Of a stretch of 64,000 nucleotides of DNA, positions 46,301-56,822 are shown one piece after another (within the stretch, counting starts at the first letter, position 1; the number at the start of each line of letters is the position of its first letter). Position numbers and translations under genes: made by a program. A model generated the notes under the pieces. The model saw nothing but the letters and a program-made list of their open reading frames with translations, was not told where the DNA came from and made no database searches. The stretch lies in NCBI RefSeq assembly GCF_053078305.1, contig NZ_CP166879.1; one strand, written 5' to 3'.

Positions 46301-49300
46301 CCGGCACTGATACTGACCGTATCCCCGTTCAGTTCACTGCCCGTCATGGTCCGGCGGTCAGTGACATCATGCGTGGTTGTGGTGGTTTTCGATAACATCC
46401 CGCTGCTGCCGGTCACTTTATGGTATTCATCCAGCGAGCGGGTATTCTGTGCACCGGTCAGCGTCACGTCATGACCTGCCATCAGGGCCAGGCCTTTCTG
46501 AGCTGACAGCGATGCCGCCTGTGACGTCATATCCCGTCCGGCGGTCAGCGTGACATCACCGTTACCGGCAAGCGTGCTGCCCGTACTCTGTGTGACGCCC
46601 TGCGACAGACGATTATTTTTATCCCAGATAATATTGTCCTGCGCGGAAGTGGTCACTGTGGAAAGCGTCATATCCCTGCCCGCACTGAGTTGCGTCAGGC
46701 TGTCCTTACCCTGATTCACCACCGTTGCAGCCGTCAGATTCATATCCCGTCCGGCCTGCAGCACCAGTCTTCCCTGGTCGTTCTGCACATACACGCCGGC
46801 CACACTGTCGATACTGGTACGTTCAAAATGGTTCTGTCCGGCGTCGCGCTGTGCCGTACGGGTGGTGGTGGTCAGACTGATATCCCGTCCGGCCATCGCC
46901 AGCAGGCTGTCCGTGGCCTGCAGCAGCCCGCCGGTACTGTTAATATCCGTCCGGGCCGTCAGGCTGACATTTGCTCCCTGAATGGAGCCGGCCTGGTTGT
47001 GAATGTTTTCTGCACTGAGCTGCACGGTCTGCTTCCCGGCCAGTTTACCGCTGTTAAACAGGTCACCATCCAGCTTCATCACCATGTCCCTGCCGGCAAT
47101 CAGCGCACCGGCACTGTTCACATCACCGGGTTTTACACGGGCATACACCTGAGGTACCTGAACTGTCTGCGTGCTGCCGTCCGGCAGTGTCACCGTGGTG
47201 TTAACCAGCCAGACAATATCCCCGGTCAGTAACGCCATCTGCTCAGCCGTCAGCGCCACACCCGGTTTCAGGTTGTATTGCTTACCAAATGCAATACCCG
47301 CATCCATTAATGCCTTAAACTGCTCTTCATCACTGCCGTATCTGTCCAGGTACCGTTGCCCGGTCAGAGCGACAACCTGCTCTCGAATCAGACGCTGCTC
47401 GTAAAAACCGTCTCCCAGACGTTTGAGCATGTTATCCCCGTTCTGAGAAAACGCCTTCTGCATGTAATCACTGCCCAGCCACATCTTCTGGTTCGTAAAA
47501 CGCGGGTCCGTTTCAACCAGATATGGCACATTCACTGCCGGATTTGTTTTAAACAGACTGCTGTCCGGCAGACGGGTATCCGGCCCGGCAACATGGATAC
47601 TGCCCTGAGGTGTGCTGACTTCAAACTGCTGCCCCGGCAACAGAATGACCGGTTCACCGGCAGACACCACCGGGCGAAGCGGTATCCGGTCAGTAGCGGC
47701 TACTGCCGCATCCACATTTCCGGCCTGTCCTGTCTGTACATCCGTTCCCTGTGGCTTCAGAGGAGAAAGCGTGACCTGGCTGCCCTGAATCTGTCCGTGG
47801 CTGGTGAGCTCTCCCGGCTTCAGCGTAATGCTCTGAATTACAGTGGGCGGAGTGTACTGAGAGGTTTTCTCCCCCTGCTTATCCTTTCCTTTTTTCCTGA
47901 TACGGTAATAATACGTGGATGTTCCTGAGTCCGTAACATGCCGCTCGCCACTGACACTGACATTTTCCACGCTTCCTGACGGAATGGTCAGCAGGCCGCC
48001 TGCAACAACCTGACTCTTATCATTAAGCAGTTTGTCTGCCACAATCGTCATGCCGGCACCGGACAGAATTTTTCCCGGGTCGGAGTCTTTTACCCGGGTT
48101 TCTTCCACGGTACGGGTGTAATCATACTGCGTGAATTTATCTCTGGCGCCTTCCGGTGTATGCAGTTTTTTCAGTGAGTTACTGGAATCGTTATCCACAT
48201 AAACGCCCGGTTCACCGGCGCTCCAGCGTTTATCTGAGCCGCTGAGCTGATACTCAGTCACCTTTTCCGTGGAAACCACCACGCGCTCCGTGGTGAAATG
48301 GTCATTGACGTTATTGATTTGTCCGGCACTCAGTACCAGATATCCGGCGGCTTCAATAGTGGCACTGTGATTATTCAGTACACCGGCTTTCCCCGTGGCG
48401 GCACCATTCGCATCCAGCATGCCACCAGTATGCATATCACCTGCACTGTAAATCAGGCTGTGCGTCCGGTTATTCAGGGTCTGTACCCCTAAGTCCACAC
48501 GCTCACGCCCGGCCAGCGTCGCCGCCACGCCATTTTCTTCCAGATTATTAAATGTGGCAGCGCTGACACCAACAGCATCGCCGTAGATTCGCCCGGTACC
48601 GGAATTCGTCAGGGTGTTCGCCTGAAGATGCGTATATTTCCCGTCAATCAGCCCACGGTTCAGCAGTGTGTCCGTCACGTTAAGCCAGGTCTGCCCGGCA
48701 CTGATTTCACCTTTCTCTGTGTTTTCAAGGCGGATGCTGTTCAGGTCAAGCCGGCTGCCTGCCAGCAGGCTGCCGGTATTAGAGACATCGCCATTAACGG
48801 AAAGCGTAAGGTTTCCGTTCGCAATAGTCTGACCACTGTTGCTGAACGTTGTGTTACTTTTCAGCGTCATATCGCCCAGCGAAAGCAGTTTCCCGTCACC
48901 ACCGAGCTGACCGGCATCCACAGATACTGACTGCCCGGCCTTAACCACGCCGTCACGGTTCGAAAACGCCAGCTGACGGCCACTGACAGACAATGTCGCG
49001 CCGGAAGAGAGGACGCCGTCATTATTACTGAGCGTCCTGTCTGCCATAACCGTAAGCGCCCTGTCTGCCAGAATACTGCCCTCCTGGTTATCAAGGTCCT
49101 GCGTCGTGATGTGTATTGTCTGCGCTTCCAGCCCCTGACCGGTATTCTGCGTGTGGCGATTGATAAACTGCAGGGCGTTCAGCGTAATGGCGGAACCACT
49201 GCGAATCAGACCAGAGACGTTGTCCACAACGCCCCGTACACTGTTGAGCAACATGTCGCCCACAGACTGTATTTGTCCGTGGCTGTTCTGCAGACCTCCC

Positions 49301-52290
49301 GTATGCAGACGGAGTTCACCTTCACTGACCAGCCGGCCCCCCTCACGGTTATCCAGCGAGGTGGTGCTCAGGTCAGCTGTCGTTTTCGCCCCCACGGTCC
49401 CGCCCCGGTTATCCATTGCTCCGGTACTGACAGTCAGTTCCTGCAGGCTGTTCAGCGTACCGCGTCTGTTATCCAGCGTCTGGCCTGCGGTATTAATGCT
49501 GATACCCCTCCCCTGAATAAGACCGGACTGATTGTTCAGCGCCTGGCTGTTCCAGCCGAGCAGACCGTTTGCCACCATCTGACCGGATGTATTGTTAACC
49601 ACGCCTGCAGTCAGGGACAGAGCATCTCCCGACAAAAGCACACCGGCAGTGCTGTCCAGTGTGCCGGCATTCAGCGTCATCGGACCCTGACTGATAACCC
49701 CGCCCCGGTCACCACTATTACGGTTACTCAGTGTGTCAGCACGGAGATTCAGCGATGCACCGCTCTGTATCAGGCCGCCGGCATCGTTGATGATATCCGT
49801 CGAGGAAAGTGTCAGTGACTGCTGTGCCACCAGTCTGCCGCCCTGATTATCAAACCGTGTGACATCCAGCCTGCTGTTACCGTTGCTGACCACCGTCCCC
49901 TGCTGATTTTCCAGCACACTCAGGTGCGTATTCAGGTCCCCGCCGGCGGCAAGCGCCCCTTCCTGATTACTGACATCACCACCACTCAGCAACATATCCG
50001 TCCCGGCCTTCAGTGCGCCTTTCTGGTTCATCAGCGTACCTGACGATATCTGTAATGACGTCTGACTCCCCAGCACGCCCTGACGGTTATCGAGCGTTCC
50101 GGCGTTCAGGGTCATATCCTTCTGACCCGCCATAAATCCCTGCTGGTTATTCAGCATACCGGCCCGCACTGTCAGGGTACCGGCGCTGCTGATACCACCC
50201 CGTGTTTTCGTGTTCCGGTTACTGAGTACCCCGTCCTGTACATCCAGCGTCATGTCACTGCCGGACTGAATCAGACCATCATCAGAGACCAGTTCGCTGC
50301 CTGACACAGACAGCGTTTTCTGTGAAAGCAGTCTGCCGGACGTATTATCCAGCGCACCATCCAGCGTCACAGACAGCCCGTCAGCCACCACCGTACCCTG
50401 GTGGTTATTCAGATTCCCTGCCGAAATATCCAGCCTGCCGGCGGACTCCATTCGTCCCTCAGTATTGCTGACAGCCTGCTGTGTTTTTATCCTGCCCGTT
50501 CCGGCAGCAGCTGAAATCAGTCCGTTGTCGTTATTCAGCGCCTGTGTATTAATCAGGATGTCACGGCTGGCAAGCAGACGTCCCTGCTGGTTATCCACGG
50601 CGCCGGTTGTCCTCACCTGCAGACTGCCTGACTGCGCCGCCTGCACTTTCCCCCTGCGATTATCAAGGCTCAGTGCATCCAGACGCACCGCGCCATTTGC
50701 CGCAAACAGCCCTTCCCGGTTATCCACGCTTCCCGGCAGACTCAGCGAAAAATCCCCTGTTCCCGTCTGAGTCAGACTGCCTTTACGATTTGACAGGCTT
50801 TGTGCCGATATCTGCAGTGTGTCGGCATTTATCGTGCCACCATTATTGCTGAAGTGCCCGACAGTCCGGGCGGAAAGCGTACCGGCACTCAGTTGCGCAT
50901 TCTGTGTGGACAGATTTCCACTGGTTGCATCCAGCTCAGTATGTTGTCCCTGTATCCGGCTGTTGCTTAAATCCAGCCCCTGCCCCTTCAGTTGCATGTC
51001 CCCACCGGACAGAACCTGTCCGTGTGCCGCCAGTTCGCCGGTGGTACTGACAGTCAGGTTGCCCGCTGCCGCCAGACGTCCGTCATCTTTCACCCCGGCG
51101 GCCAGCAGACTCCGCTCACCGCCGGTCAGACGCGCTGTCTGAATCCGGGTGTTGCGACGTGATGCCACAGAGCCTGTATGGGTGAAGACACCATCACTCT
51201 GTATCTGCGTATCCTGCCCCGCATAAACAGAACCACTGTTATGCAGCTCCCGGGTTGTCGCCAGATGCACATCCGTTTTCGCACTGATACTGCCACTGTT
51301 TTCAATACGTCCGTCAGCCGTCAGGGTAACCGCCCCTGCCTGTGCACCAATATGACCGGCGTTACGAACACCCACCCCCGTTTCCGTACCGACAAGGCGA
51401 ATTTTTCCGGCATACATTCCGCCAAGACTGGCCACATCCAGTGCCATCTGAGGCTGTGAAGAGACATCACCGGTCTTTTTCTCAATCTGCCCGTGCGCGA
51501 TATCCACATTGTTACGTCCTGTGGTCACTTTCAGATCCTGCGCCCAGATACCCGCATTAATCTTCACAGACCGGGCAATGATATCGGTATAATCCGTGCG
51601 CGAGGCATCCATCCCTTTGCCCGTAACCTGAATCTCACCACGTTCAACACTGAATCCGGTCAGACTGCCGTTTTTCATCTGCGGCTGCCCCGTGGTCAGC
51701 GTGGCCCGGTTCGCATTAATAAAACCGCACCCGTCGCAACTGATGCCGGCCGGGTTCGCAATCACCACCTGCGCCTTTTTACCGGCAACCTCAACAAAAC
51801 CGTTCAACTGGCTGGGATTGCGACTGTTCACTTCATTAAGAATGATTCTGGCCTCTCCCTTAGCCAGCCACGGGTTCCCGGCCACCATGCCACCCAGTTG
51901 AGTCTGCACATTGTTATGGGCATTATTCAGAATGACGCCCTGGTTACCGACGTCGAACTGGCTGTATGCGTTATGTGAAACCCCGCCGGCAGAAGGCGTC
52001 TGAATATTCACCTGCGGAATGCCGCTGGCCGTCTGCGTAATCGTGGGCTGCTGATACCCTGGTGCGCCATGGTCTGCGACAATGCCTGCAGCACTGACAG
52101 AATGCACCATCCCCGAAGCCAGCCACAAAGAGAATGCAAGCGGCGTGACACGGCAGATACGTTGCCTGTGTGGATATCCTGTGCGGGAGGACAGTGATGT
52201 ACCGGCGCGACCGGAACGGGCAATATCTGCCACCACCATCAGCATTCCCCGGGCTTTGTTAAAAATAATGCGGTAACAATTTCTGTTCAT
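43345..52290 (-). CDS. cdiA: CdiA contact-dependent inhibition exoprotein (2981 aa)
   Basis: ESPR signal MNRNCYRIIFNKARGMLMVVADIA; TPS domain (NAYSQFDVGNQGVILNN, IANPAGISCDGCGFINA); long FHA-type repeats; VENN at 44002-44013 followed by a 218-aa CT. Confidence 0.95.
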   Translation of the reverse strand: MNRNCYRIIFNKARGMLMVVADIARSGRAGTSLSSRTGYPHRQRICRVTPLAFSLWLASGMVHSVSAAGIVADHGAPGYQQPTITQTASGIPQVNIQTPSAGGVSHNAYSQFDVGNQGVILNNAHNNVQTQLGGMVAGNPWLAKGEARIILNEVNSRNPSQLNGFVEVAGKKAQVVIANPAGISCDGCGFINANRATLTTGQPQMKNGSLTGFSVERGEIQVTGKGMDASRTDYTDIIARSVKINAGIWAQDLKVTTGRNNVDIAHGQIEKKTGDVSSQPQMALDVASLGGMYAGKIRLVGTETGVGVRNAGHIGAQAGAVTLTADGRIENSGSISAKTDVHLATTRELHNSGSVYAGQDTQIQSDGVFTHTGSVASRRNTRIQTARLTGGERSLLAAGVKDDGRLAAAGNLTVSTTGELAAHGQVLSGGDMQLKGQGLDLSNSRIQGQHTELDATSGNLSTQNAQLSAGTLSARTVGHFSNNGGTINADTLQISAQSLSNRKGSLTQTGTGDFSLSLPGSVDNREGLFAANGAVRLDALSLDNRRGKVQAAQSGSLQVRTTGAVDNQQGRLLASRDILINTQALNNDNGLISAAAGTGRIKTQQAVSNTEGRMESAGRLDISAGNLNNHQGTVVADGLSVTLDGALDNTSGRLLSQKTLSVSGSELVSDDGLIQSGSDMTLDVQDGVLSNRNTKTRGGISSAGTLTVRAGMLNNQQGFMAGQKDMTLNAGTLDNRQGVLGSQTSLQISSGTLMNQKGALKAGTDMLLSGGDVSNQEGALAAGGDLNTHLSVLENQQGTVVSNGNSRLDVTRFDNQGGRLVAQQSLTLSSTDIINDAGGLIQSGASLNLRADTLSNRNSGDRGGVISQGPMTLNAGTLDSTAGVLLSGDALSLTAGVVNNTSGQMVANGLLGWNSQALNNQSGLIQGRGISINTAGQTLDNRRGTLNSLQELTVSTGAMDNRGGTVGAKTTADLSTTSLDNREGGRLVSEGELRLHTGGLQNSHGQIQSVGDMLLNSVRGVVDNVSGLIRSGSAITLNALQFINRHTQNTGQGLEAQTIHITTQDLDNQEGSILADRALTVMADRTLSNNDGVLSSGATLSVSGRQLAFSNRDGVVKAGQSVSVDAGQLGGDGKLLSLGDMTLKSNTTFSNSGQTIANGNLTLSVNGDVSNTGSLLAGSRLDLNSIRLENTEKGEISAGQTWLNVTDTLLNRGLIDGKYTHLQANTLTNSGTGRIYGDAVGVSAATFNNLEENGVAATLAGRERVDLGVQTLNNRTHSLIYSAGDMHTGGMLDANGAATGKAGVLNNHSATIEAAGYLVLSAGQINNVNDHFTTERVVVSTEKVTEYQLSGSDKRWSAGEPGVYVDNDSSNSLKKLHTPEGARDKFTQYDYTRTVEETRVKDSDPGKILSGAGMTIVADKLLNDKSQVVAGGLLTIPSGSVENVSVSGERHVTDSGTSTYYYRIRKKGKDKQGEKTSQYTPPTVIQSITLKPGELTSHGQIQGSQVTLSPLKPQGTDVQTGQAGNVDAAVAATDRIPLRPVVSAGEPVILLPGQQFEVSTPQGSIHVAGPDTRLPDSSLFKTNPAVNVPYLVETDPRFTNQKMWLGSDYMQKAFSQNGDNMLKRLGDGFYEQRLIREQVVALTGQRYLDRYGSDEEQFKALMDAGIAFGKQYNLKPGVALTAEQMALLTGDIVWLVNTTVTLPDGSTQTVQVPQVYARVKPGDVNSAGALIAGRDMVMKLDGDLFNSGKLAGKQTVQLSAENIHNQAGSIQGANVSLTARTDINSTGGLLQATDSLLAMAGRDISLTTTTRTAQRDAGQNHFERTSIDSVAGVYVQNDQGRLVLQAGRDMNLTAATVVNQGKDSLTQLSAGRDMTLSTVTTSAQDNIIWDKNNRLSQGVTQSTGSTLAGNGDVTLTAGRDMTSQAASLSAQKGLALMAGHDVTLTGAQNTRSLDEYHKVTGSSGMLSKTTTTTHDVTDRRTMTGSELNGDTVSISAGHNLNVTGSSVAGDNRVSLAAGNDLSIGTLTESNRETHLKQEKKSGLMSSGGVGFSVGSQSLKVTDTATDSTQKGSTVGSVHGDVSLQAGNRLSANSADLIAGRDMALSGKEVSISAVTDRHVQTHSVEQKTSGLTLALSGTVGSALNTTVETVQAAKSAGNSRLEALQGVKAALSGAQAVQAGRLAEAQGNQKENNNAVGISLSYGSQSSKSEQQSEQTVAKNSALTAGNNLSIQATGSGVKDVDGDLTIQGSQIKAGNNVLLQANRDVNLVSAENTSKLEGKNSSSGGSVGVGIGVGAGGWGISVSASANQGKGSEKGNGTTHTETTVDAGNRLTIISGRDTTLTGVQAGGETVKVDAGRHLTLTSEQDSDRYDSKQQNASAGGSFTFGSMSGSASVSLSRDKMHSNYDSVQEQTGIFAGRGGFDVTTGQHTQLNGAVIASTATADKNRLDTGTLGFRDIENRADYKVEHQSVGISTGGSIGGQFAGNMANNLLVGANHEGHAESTTQSAVSAGNITIRDTQSQKQDVADLNRDAAHANQTLSPIFDREKEQQRLQQAQLIGEIGNQVADIARTEGQIAGEKAKRDPAALNQAREELEAAGKPFTEQDVAQRAYNNGMAASGFGTGGKYQQAIQAATAAVQGLAGGNLSAALAGGAAPYIAEIIKQTTPDGAGRVAAHAVVNAALSLAQGKNALAGAAGAATGEVVGMIATQMYGKPVSELSGTEKQTVSTLATVAAGLAGGLVGDSGASAVAGAQSGKTTVENNALSFGDGFESNAAAATSWNKYAVDNNLTPEQTQAGLDKIAKGDMPDSTNITKVIVDGYQDGVMIAGAWYLGPAASVGKMVSGGVVAEIANGSYQWFDLSQPGNENKNWDWKSSASSGIAGMLAPGRTVGQNVGIAMGGAFFTDGPNTGSIGGAAAGAGLGGAFGVYAPGIVNSVTGKEFPGFIFDATGSFGSEFLGGYIKEASSNNQFSSSAKKEEGK

Positions 52291-52305
52291 TCTGATAAAC
52301 CTGAC

Positions 52306-52833
52306 TTATCTCTCCGGCACATCCACAGCAAGCGGGTGCTGCACACGCCACTGGCGCGCCTCTTCACGACTGACCTGTGCACCCCGGAAATTCATCACCC
52401 GTAACCCGGTCTGCTGCCCACGGTGGTACAGCGAACGCCAGCACAGACGGGGAAAAATATCCTGCCGGACAAGACGACTCATATCCGGAGTGTGTCCAAA
52501 AGGGGCAACCCAGTCACAGACCCACATCCGGTCGCCGCTGTTCCAGTCCGACTGAGGCATGAGAATTGCCGGCTGCGTAAGATAACGCGCCTCTGCCTCC
52601 GGGCTGAGCCAGGCCTGGCTCATGAAGAAAACCGGTCGCCCCTGCTCTGTTGCCACCACATACTGTCGGTGCTTAATCACCGGCAGCTGCAGGTCCGGCA
52701 GGGTATGCAGTGGCGCATCACGATGCAGGGGGGAGTGCATCCACAACCAGACGGCCGCCCCCAGGACTTCCGCCTCATTGACCGGCTCACCGGAATACAG
52801 GGGACTCAGAACGTCATATTTCCCGTTACGCAT
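52306..52833 (-). CDS. cdiC: CdiC, HlyC/TAAT-family toxin-activating lysine acyltransferase
   Basis: LGAAVWLWMHSPLHR, WNSGDRMWVCDWVAPFG parallel the HlyC motifs LGHVSWLWASSPLHR, WTSGDRKWFIDWIAPFG. Located between cdiB and cdiA. Confidence 0.85.
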   Translation of the reverse strand: MRNGKYDVLSPLYSGEPVNEAEVLGAAVWLWMHSPLHRDAPLHTLPDLQLPVIKHRQYVVATEQGRPVFFMSQAWLSPEAEARYLTQPAILMPQSDWNSGDRMWVCDWVAPFGHTPDMSRLVRQDIFPRLCWRSLYHRGQQTGLRVMNFRGAQVSREEARQWRVQHPLAVDVPER

Positions 52834-52842
52834 GAAACTTTC

Positions 52843-54582
52843 TCAGAAATCCCGGAACAGATTAAAACCGGCTGTCACATCACTCGTCATAAAACCCGCC
52901 GGCTTTGAAAACGGACGACCGATGAAAACGTCATAATCCGTACTGAACAGTTGCCCCCTCAGCCCCACAACACCACCGGCCAGATGACGTCCCACCAGAT
53001 ATTCACTGCCGGCTCCCCCCACCTCGCCGTAATCCATTCCCAGATATAACGCCTGCTCCGGCAGTGGCGTACGCCAGGCCAGGTCGTTGCGGATATACCA
53101 GCCGTTACTGGCATTCAGCGTTCGCTCCCCGTCAAAACCACGAACCGTCCAGCGGTTACCGATGGCAAACTGTTCCTGTGGGGTCAGCGGGGTATTGCTC
53201 AGCTGGCGCTGATACCGGAAGGAATAACTGAAGGGCTGCTCTGCCAGTGTAAAGGGCAGATTAAAGGATGCATTCATCTGCAGGATCTTACTGAGCGCCG
53301 TTGCCTCACCGAAGATTTCCTCCGGTGCCGGCTGTGCACCAAACCAGCGGGTTCCCCGTTGCCAGCTGACACCAGCATCCAGTGTGGCCTGAGAAATATA
53401 ATGACGGTGCTGCAGCCCAAGTCGCCAGGCCGCTGTCTGCCGGCGCTGCACCTGGATTTCCGTATCATTAATGTAGTTACGCGACCTGCGGGCCTGAACA
53501 TCGTAAGTCAGCACCGTTTTCTGCGTCCCGTTACGATGCAGTACCCGGCTCAGCTGCATGCCCAGATTCTGACTCTCGCCACTGTACTGGTAATCCTCAA
53601 CCGCACCAGCTACCGTCTGATGGTAATCGTAATCACTGGCGGTGACGGAAAACTGCCAGTAACCGAAAGGCACAGAGTAATGGGCCGTGTAGTTTTTACT
53701 GCCCTTACCCCCGTAATGTGGAAAATTATGGGTGGCAGAAACATACAGCAGGTCACTCAGGGAAAAAGGATTATCCAGAGAAAATGTTATACCACCGAGA
53801 TAACGCCCTGTGCTGCGGGTACCTGAATCATCAAGCGAAAACCCCAGTCGCCAGTATTTATCCTGTTTACGGGTAATAAGAATATCACTTTCCCCTGGCT
53901 GCTCACCGGGCACAATTTCCATATCAGCCTGCACACCCGGCAGTCGTTGCATATTCTCCAGCCCCTGCTCAATGTCCCGTAAATCCAGCAGAGAACCTTC
54001 GTGTGCCGGGAATGAGGAATACAACTGAATATAGTCATCACTGTCCGGTGTCAGACGCACATGTCGCACAACACCGGGAATAACAACCAGCCGGAGGATA
54101 CCGCTTTTTAAATCCTGCGAAGGTGCCAGAACACGGGTGGTGACATAACCATGATCGACAAGACGGTTCTGCAATGTACTCATCAGCAGATTAATTCCTT
54201 TCGCCCCCAGGCAATGCCCGACCGCCCCGTTGGCGATTTTTTGTAAAGGCAGCCAGTGTGGTAACGCATCAGCCCCCTTCAGTTCCGTCTGTTTAATCTG
54301 AAAACAGGGCGTTTCAACAGGAAAATTAATCTTATGGGCAAAAGAGCCAGGTGCAGAAAGGCGAACATCAGGGGCTGAAGGCGTCAGTTGTTGCTCAAGG
54401 GCTTCCTGACGCTGCTGCTGAATGATAAATGTATCCTCTCCACTACGCCGGATATCCGCGGCCTGAAGAGATAAAGGCGATAATAAAACAGACATCAGTG
54501 TCAGTGATAAAATGAACGGACAGCGCCGGAATAAGCTTTGTTCCTCAGCCCTCTCGTTCCTGCAACATAATTTTCCAGCCAA
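52843..54582 (-). CDS. cdiB: CdiB TpsB-family (ShlB/FhaC-type) outer-membrane transporter
   Basis: Signal peptide ...[15 protein letters not shown]-type N-terminus, beta-barrel ending in ...GFNLFRDF. Alternative start at M30 (54495). Confidence 0.9.
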   Translation of the reverse strand: MAGKLCCRNERAEEQSLFRRCPFILSLTLMSVLLSPLSLQAADIRRSGEDTFIIQQQRQEALEQQLTPSAPDVRLSAPGSFAHKINFPVETPCFQIKQTELKGADALPHWLPLQKIANGAVGHCLGAKGINLLMSTLQNRLVDHGYVTTRVLAPSQDLKSGILRLVVIPGVVRHVRLTPDSDDYIQLYSSFPAHEGSLLDLRDIEQGLENMQRLPGVQADMEIVPGEQPGESDILITRKQDKYWRLGFSLDDSGTRSTGRYLGGITFSLDNPFSLSDLLYVSATHNFPHYGGKGSKNYTAHYSVPFGYWQFSVTASDYDYHQTVAGAVEDYQYSGESQNLGMQLSRVLHRNGTQKTVLTYDVQARRSRNYINDTEIQVQRRQTAAWRLGLQHRHYISQATLDAGVSWQRGTRWFGAQPAPEEIFGEATALSKILQMNASFNLPFTLAEQPFSYSFRYQRQLSNTPLTPQEQFAIGNRWTVRGFDGERTLNASNGWYIRNDLAWRTPLPEQALYLGMDYGEVGGAGSEYLVGRHLAGGVVGLRGQLFSTDYDVFIGRPFSKPAGFMTSDVTAGFNLFRDF

Positions 54583-55203
54583 ACGAAAAACCTTTTATGC
54601 ATGCTGTGTCAACAATCACCAGCCTCCTGACGATGTCTGCCGCCATTTTGGCAATAACACACTACCGCCCTTCCGGAATTCCCCGTATCAACCGGTACCA
54701 GAATGCTGAGTAACCAGTCAGCCAAATCAGGCTGGTTTAATTTTGCTCATTATAGAATAATGATCTGAAAAATATCAATATAACAGGTGTATCGATCGTA
54801 ATTGCAGATGCTTGCAGATCTTTATTCCAGTATATGTTGTCAAGCTGGAATATTTAGAAATATATATCCATGACTAATGTGGAAATACAGAAAATTATTC
54901 CAGTGAATGCTTTTTATACGGTCTCCTGGCACAGAAAATGGTGATTTTTGATTTGAATCATTGAAATCAGTTCTGCTAATAAGAAGACATGCTGAAAAGC
55001 CGATTTTCAGGGGGTGATTGAAGGGATTGTGAGTTTTTCCTTCGGCTTTTAACGTAACTTCCTGTTTTCCTGATATTCCACGGCAAGATTAATTTTTAGC
55101 GGAGCAGAATGAATAAAATCTTCATCTGGTGTTTTTGCTGCGCGTAAATGCAGGTGTAACTGTGGATGTTATCCACTGAAGAGCTGCTGATGAGGATGAA
55201 GAC

Positions 55204-55776
55204 ATGCTGACTAAAAAAATGTTACTCGTTTGTGCTTCGTGTGTTGCGCTGAGTGCCTGTTCTGCACAGGAAATTGCAGAGCTGAACAGGCAGATAAGTG
55301 ACGGTGCATTTGCTGTGACAAAAGTACTGAACGTAGGTGTAAACCAGGCAGATGATGATCTCAAATATCTGTCTCAGGCACCCCGGGCAAAAAGAGAGAA
55401 ACGTGATCATGTCATAGAAGTCCCTGTTGATGTGGATACAGCTGCGGGAAGACTGAAACGGTACTATAAGTTTTATTCAAATGAAGAAGTCGATGCGATT
55501 CGTAATAACGGACATGCGAACGGGAAGTGGGCCGCAGCAGCAATAAGTCAGAACGGACATATGTGGGATGCCATGCCCGGTAGTTATTATAAAATGGGCA
55601 GTGACTGGGATGGTGGCGAATTTGATGATCATCTGACGCTTGAACTTGAAAAAAATGGCAAAGGAAGTCGGATATATATAACGTATGCATCTCCGGCACC
55701 GGGGCATCTGAAAGATAAATTTATTGAGCCATTAGTTAAACGTGTGAAGGATGTGGCTGAAGGCCGGGTCAGGTAA
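55204..55776 (+). CDS. lipoprotein, unknown function
   Basis: Lipobox ALSAC. Confidence 0.55.
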   Translation: MLTKKMLLVCASCVALSACSAQEIAELNRQISDGAFAVTKVLNVGVNQADDDLKYLSQAPRAKREKRDHVIEVPVDVDTAAGRLKRYYKFYSNEEVDAIRNNGHANGKWAAAAISQNGHMWDAMPGSYYKMGSDWDGGEFDDHLTLELEKNGKGSRIYITYASPAPGHLKDKFIEPLVKRVKDVAEGRVR

Positions 55777-56165
55777 CGTGTACTATATAATATATCCCCT
55801 GGCATACTGCCAGGGGATGTTGTTTTTCTGTATGTCATTTTATGATGATACCTTTGATATTCTTATAGATGTTTAGGTGAACTGTTAATGATAAATATTG
55901 TCCGATATTATACTTTCTTGTAAGTATATTTTGGGGAGGTTATTTTTATTAAGGTTTTAAATGTTTTATTTTGTTCGCTTTTTCTTTCTCTGTTTGTTGT
56001 TTCTTGCTATTACAACTATCTTGTGATTGTTTATATGCTAAACATAATTCTGATGTTTTAGTACATGTAACATATTGACACATTCTTTATCTGTTTGTAT
56101 TTTACGTGTTAGCAGTGTTTTTATTTTGACATTGCTGTTAACAACCGATTGCTGGAGAGGTGAAA

Positions 56166-56444
56166 ATGAATAAAATGTTCAGTCAGTGGATTGATTTTGA
56201 TGAGATGATTACTCCGAAGATCATCAAGGTAATATACTGGTTTTTTCTTTTTATTACAGTGGCCGGTGGTGTTATAGGTATGATAGCCAATCCGTTTGTC
56301 GGACTGCTTGGTCTTATTATGGGTATTATTGGTCTGAGGATTGGGTGTGAAATGATAATTCTTCTTTTTAATATTTATAAGCAGGTTAAAAAGATTGCTG
56401 ATGCGGTACCGGATAAAATAAACGAACAGGCTGAGGATAGTTAA
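56166..56444 (+). CDS. DUF4282-like small membrane protein
   Basis: RBS GGAGAGG. FDEMITPKIIKVIYWFFLFITVAGGVIGMI... matches the DUF4282 pattern (from memory). Confidence 0.55.
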   Translation: MNKMFSQWIDFDEMITPKIIKVIYWFFLFITVAGGVIGMIANPFVGLLGLIMGIIGLRIGCEMIILLFNIYKQVKKIADAVPDKINEQAEDS

Positions 56445-56474
56445 TTATCTCAGAATAAACATTGATGAATGGTA

Positions 56475-56511
56475 ATAACAGGGACTGTTAATACTGTCCC
56501 TGTTATTTTTT
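56475..56511 (+). terminator. intrinsic terminator
   Basis: ATAACAGGGAC-(10 nt)-GTCCCTGTTAT followed by TTTTT. Confidence 0.8.
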
Positions 56512-56559
56512 CTGCAGACTGTTTTCTGTTCTTCCTGGTTATGTTCTGAGTGATGATGA

Positions 56560-56588
56560 TTGACGCCTTTTATACGCTCTGATATGCT
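56560..56588 (+). promoter_or_regulatory. sigma70-like promoter in front of STAXI copy 2
   Basis: TTGACG-17 nt-TATGCT. The -35 lies 44 nt upstream of the first STAXI hairpin, the same spacing as TTGACT in copy 1 and within 1 nt of TTGACA in copy 3. Confidence 0.45.
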
Positions 56589-56603
56589 CAGAATGCATTA
56601 TCT

Positions 56604-56822
56604 GTCGCTTCGGCGACCACCAATGCTCCATAAGTGGTCTGAGAGGAGCGCCTTCGGGTGGCCACATCCCGCTTCGGTGGGCACCAATGTTCCGTTGATC
56701 TGAGAGGAACGCCTTCGGGTGATCAACACCCCCGTAACCTGAAAGGGGATGTGCAGCCAGGATGTTTCTGGTGGTGGTAAATCTGCCCACCTTTGAGAGC
56801 AGATATCGTCAGTCATGATGAT
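56604..56822 (+). ncRNA. STAXI-type repeated-pseudoknot element, copy 2 (two modules plus tail)
   Basis: Near-identical to modules 2-3 and the tail of copy 1. The differences are G-U-compatible in the + sense (GTGGTC/GGCCAC; ATCGTCA/TGATGAT). Confidence 0.7.

Noticed and set aside
44686-51978. Many plus-strand ORFs (60-235 aa) inside cdiA
   Set aside because: They are antisense shadows of a repeat-rich 2981-aa gene whose minus-strand frame has clear CdiA motifs throughout.
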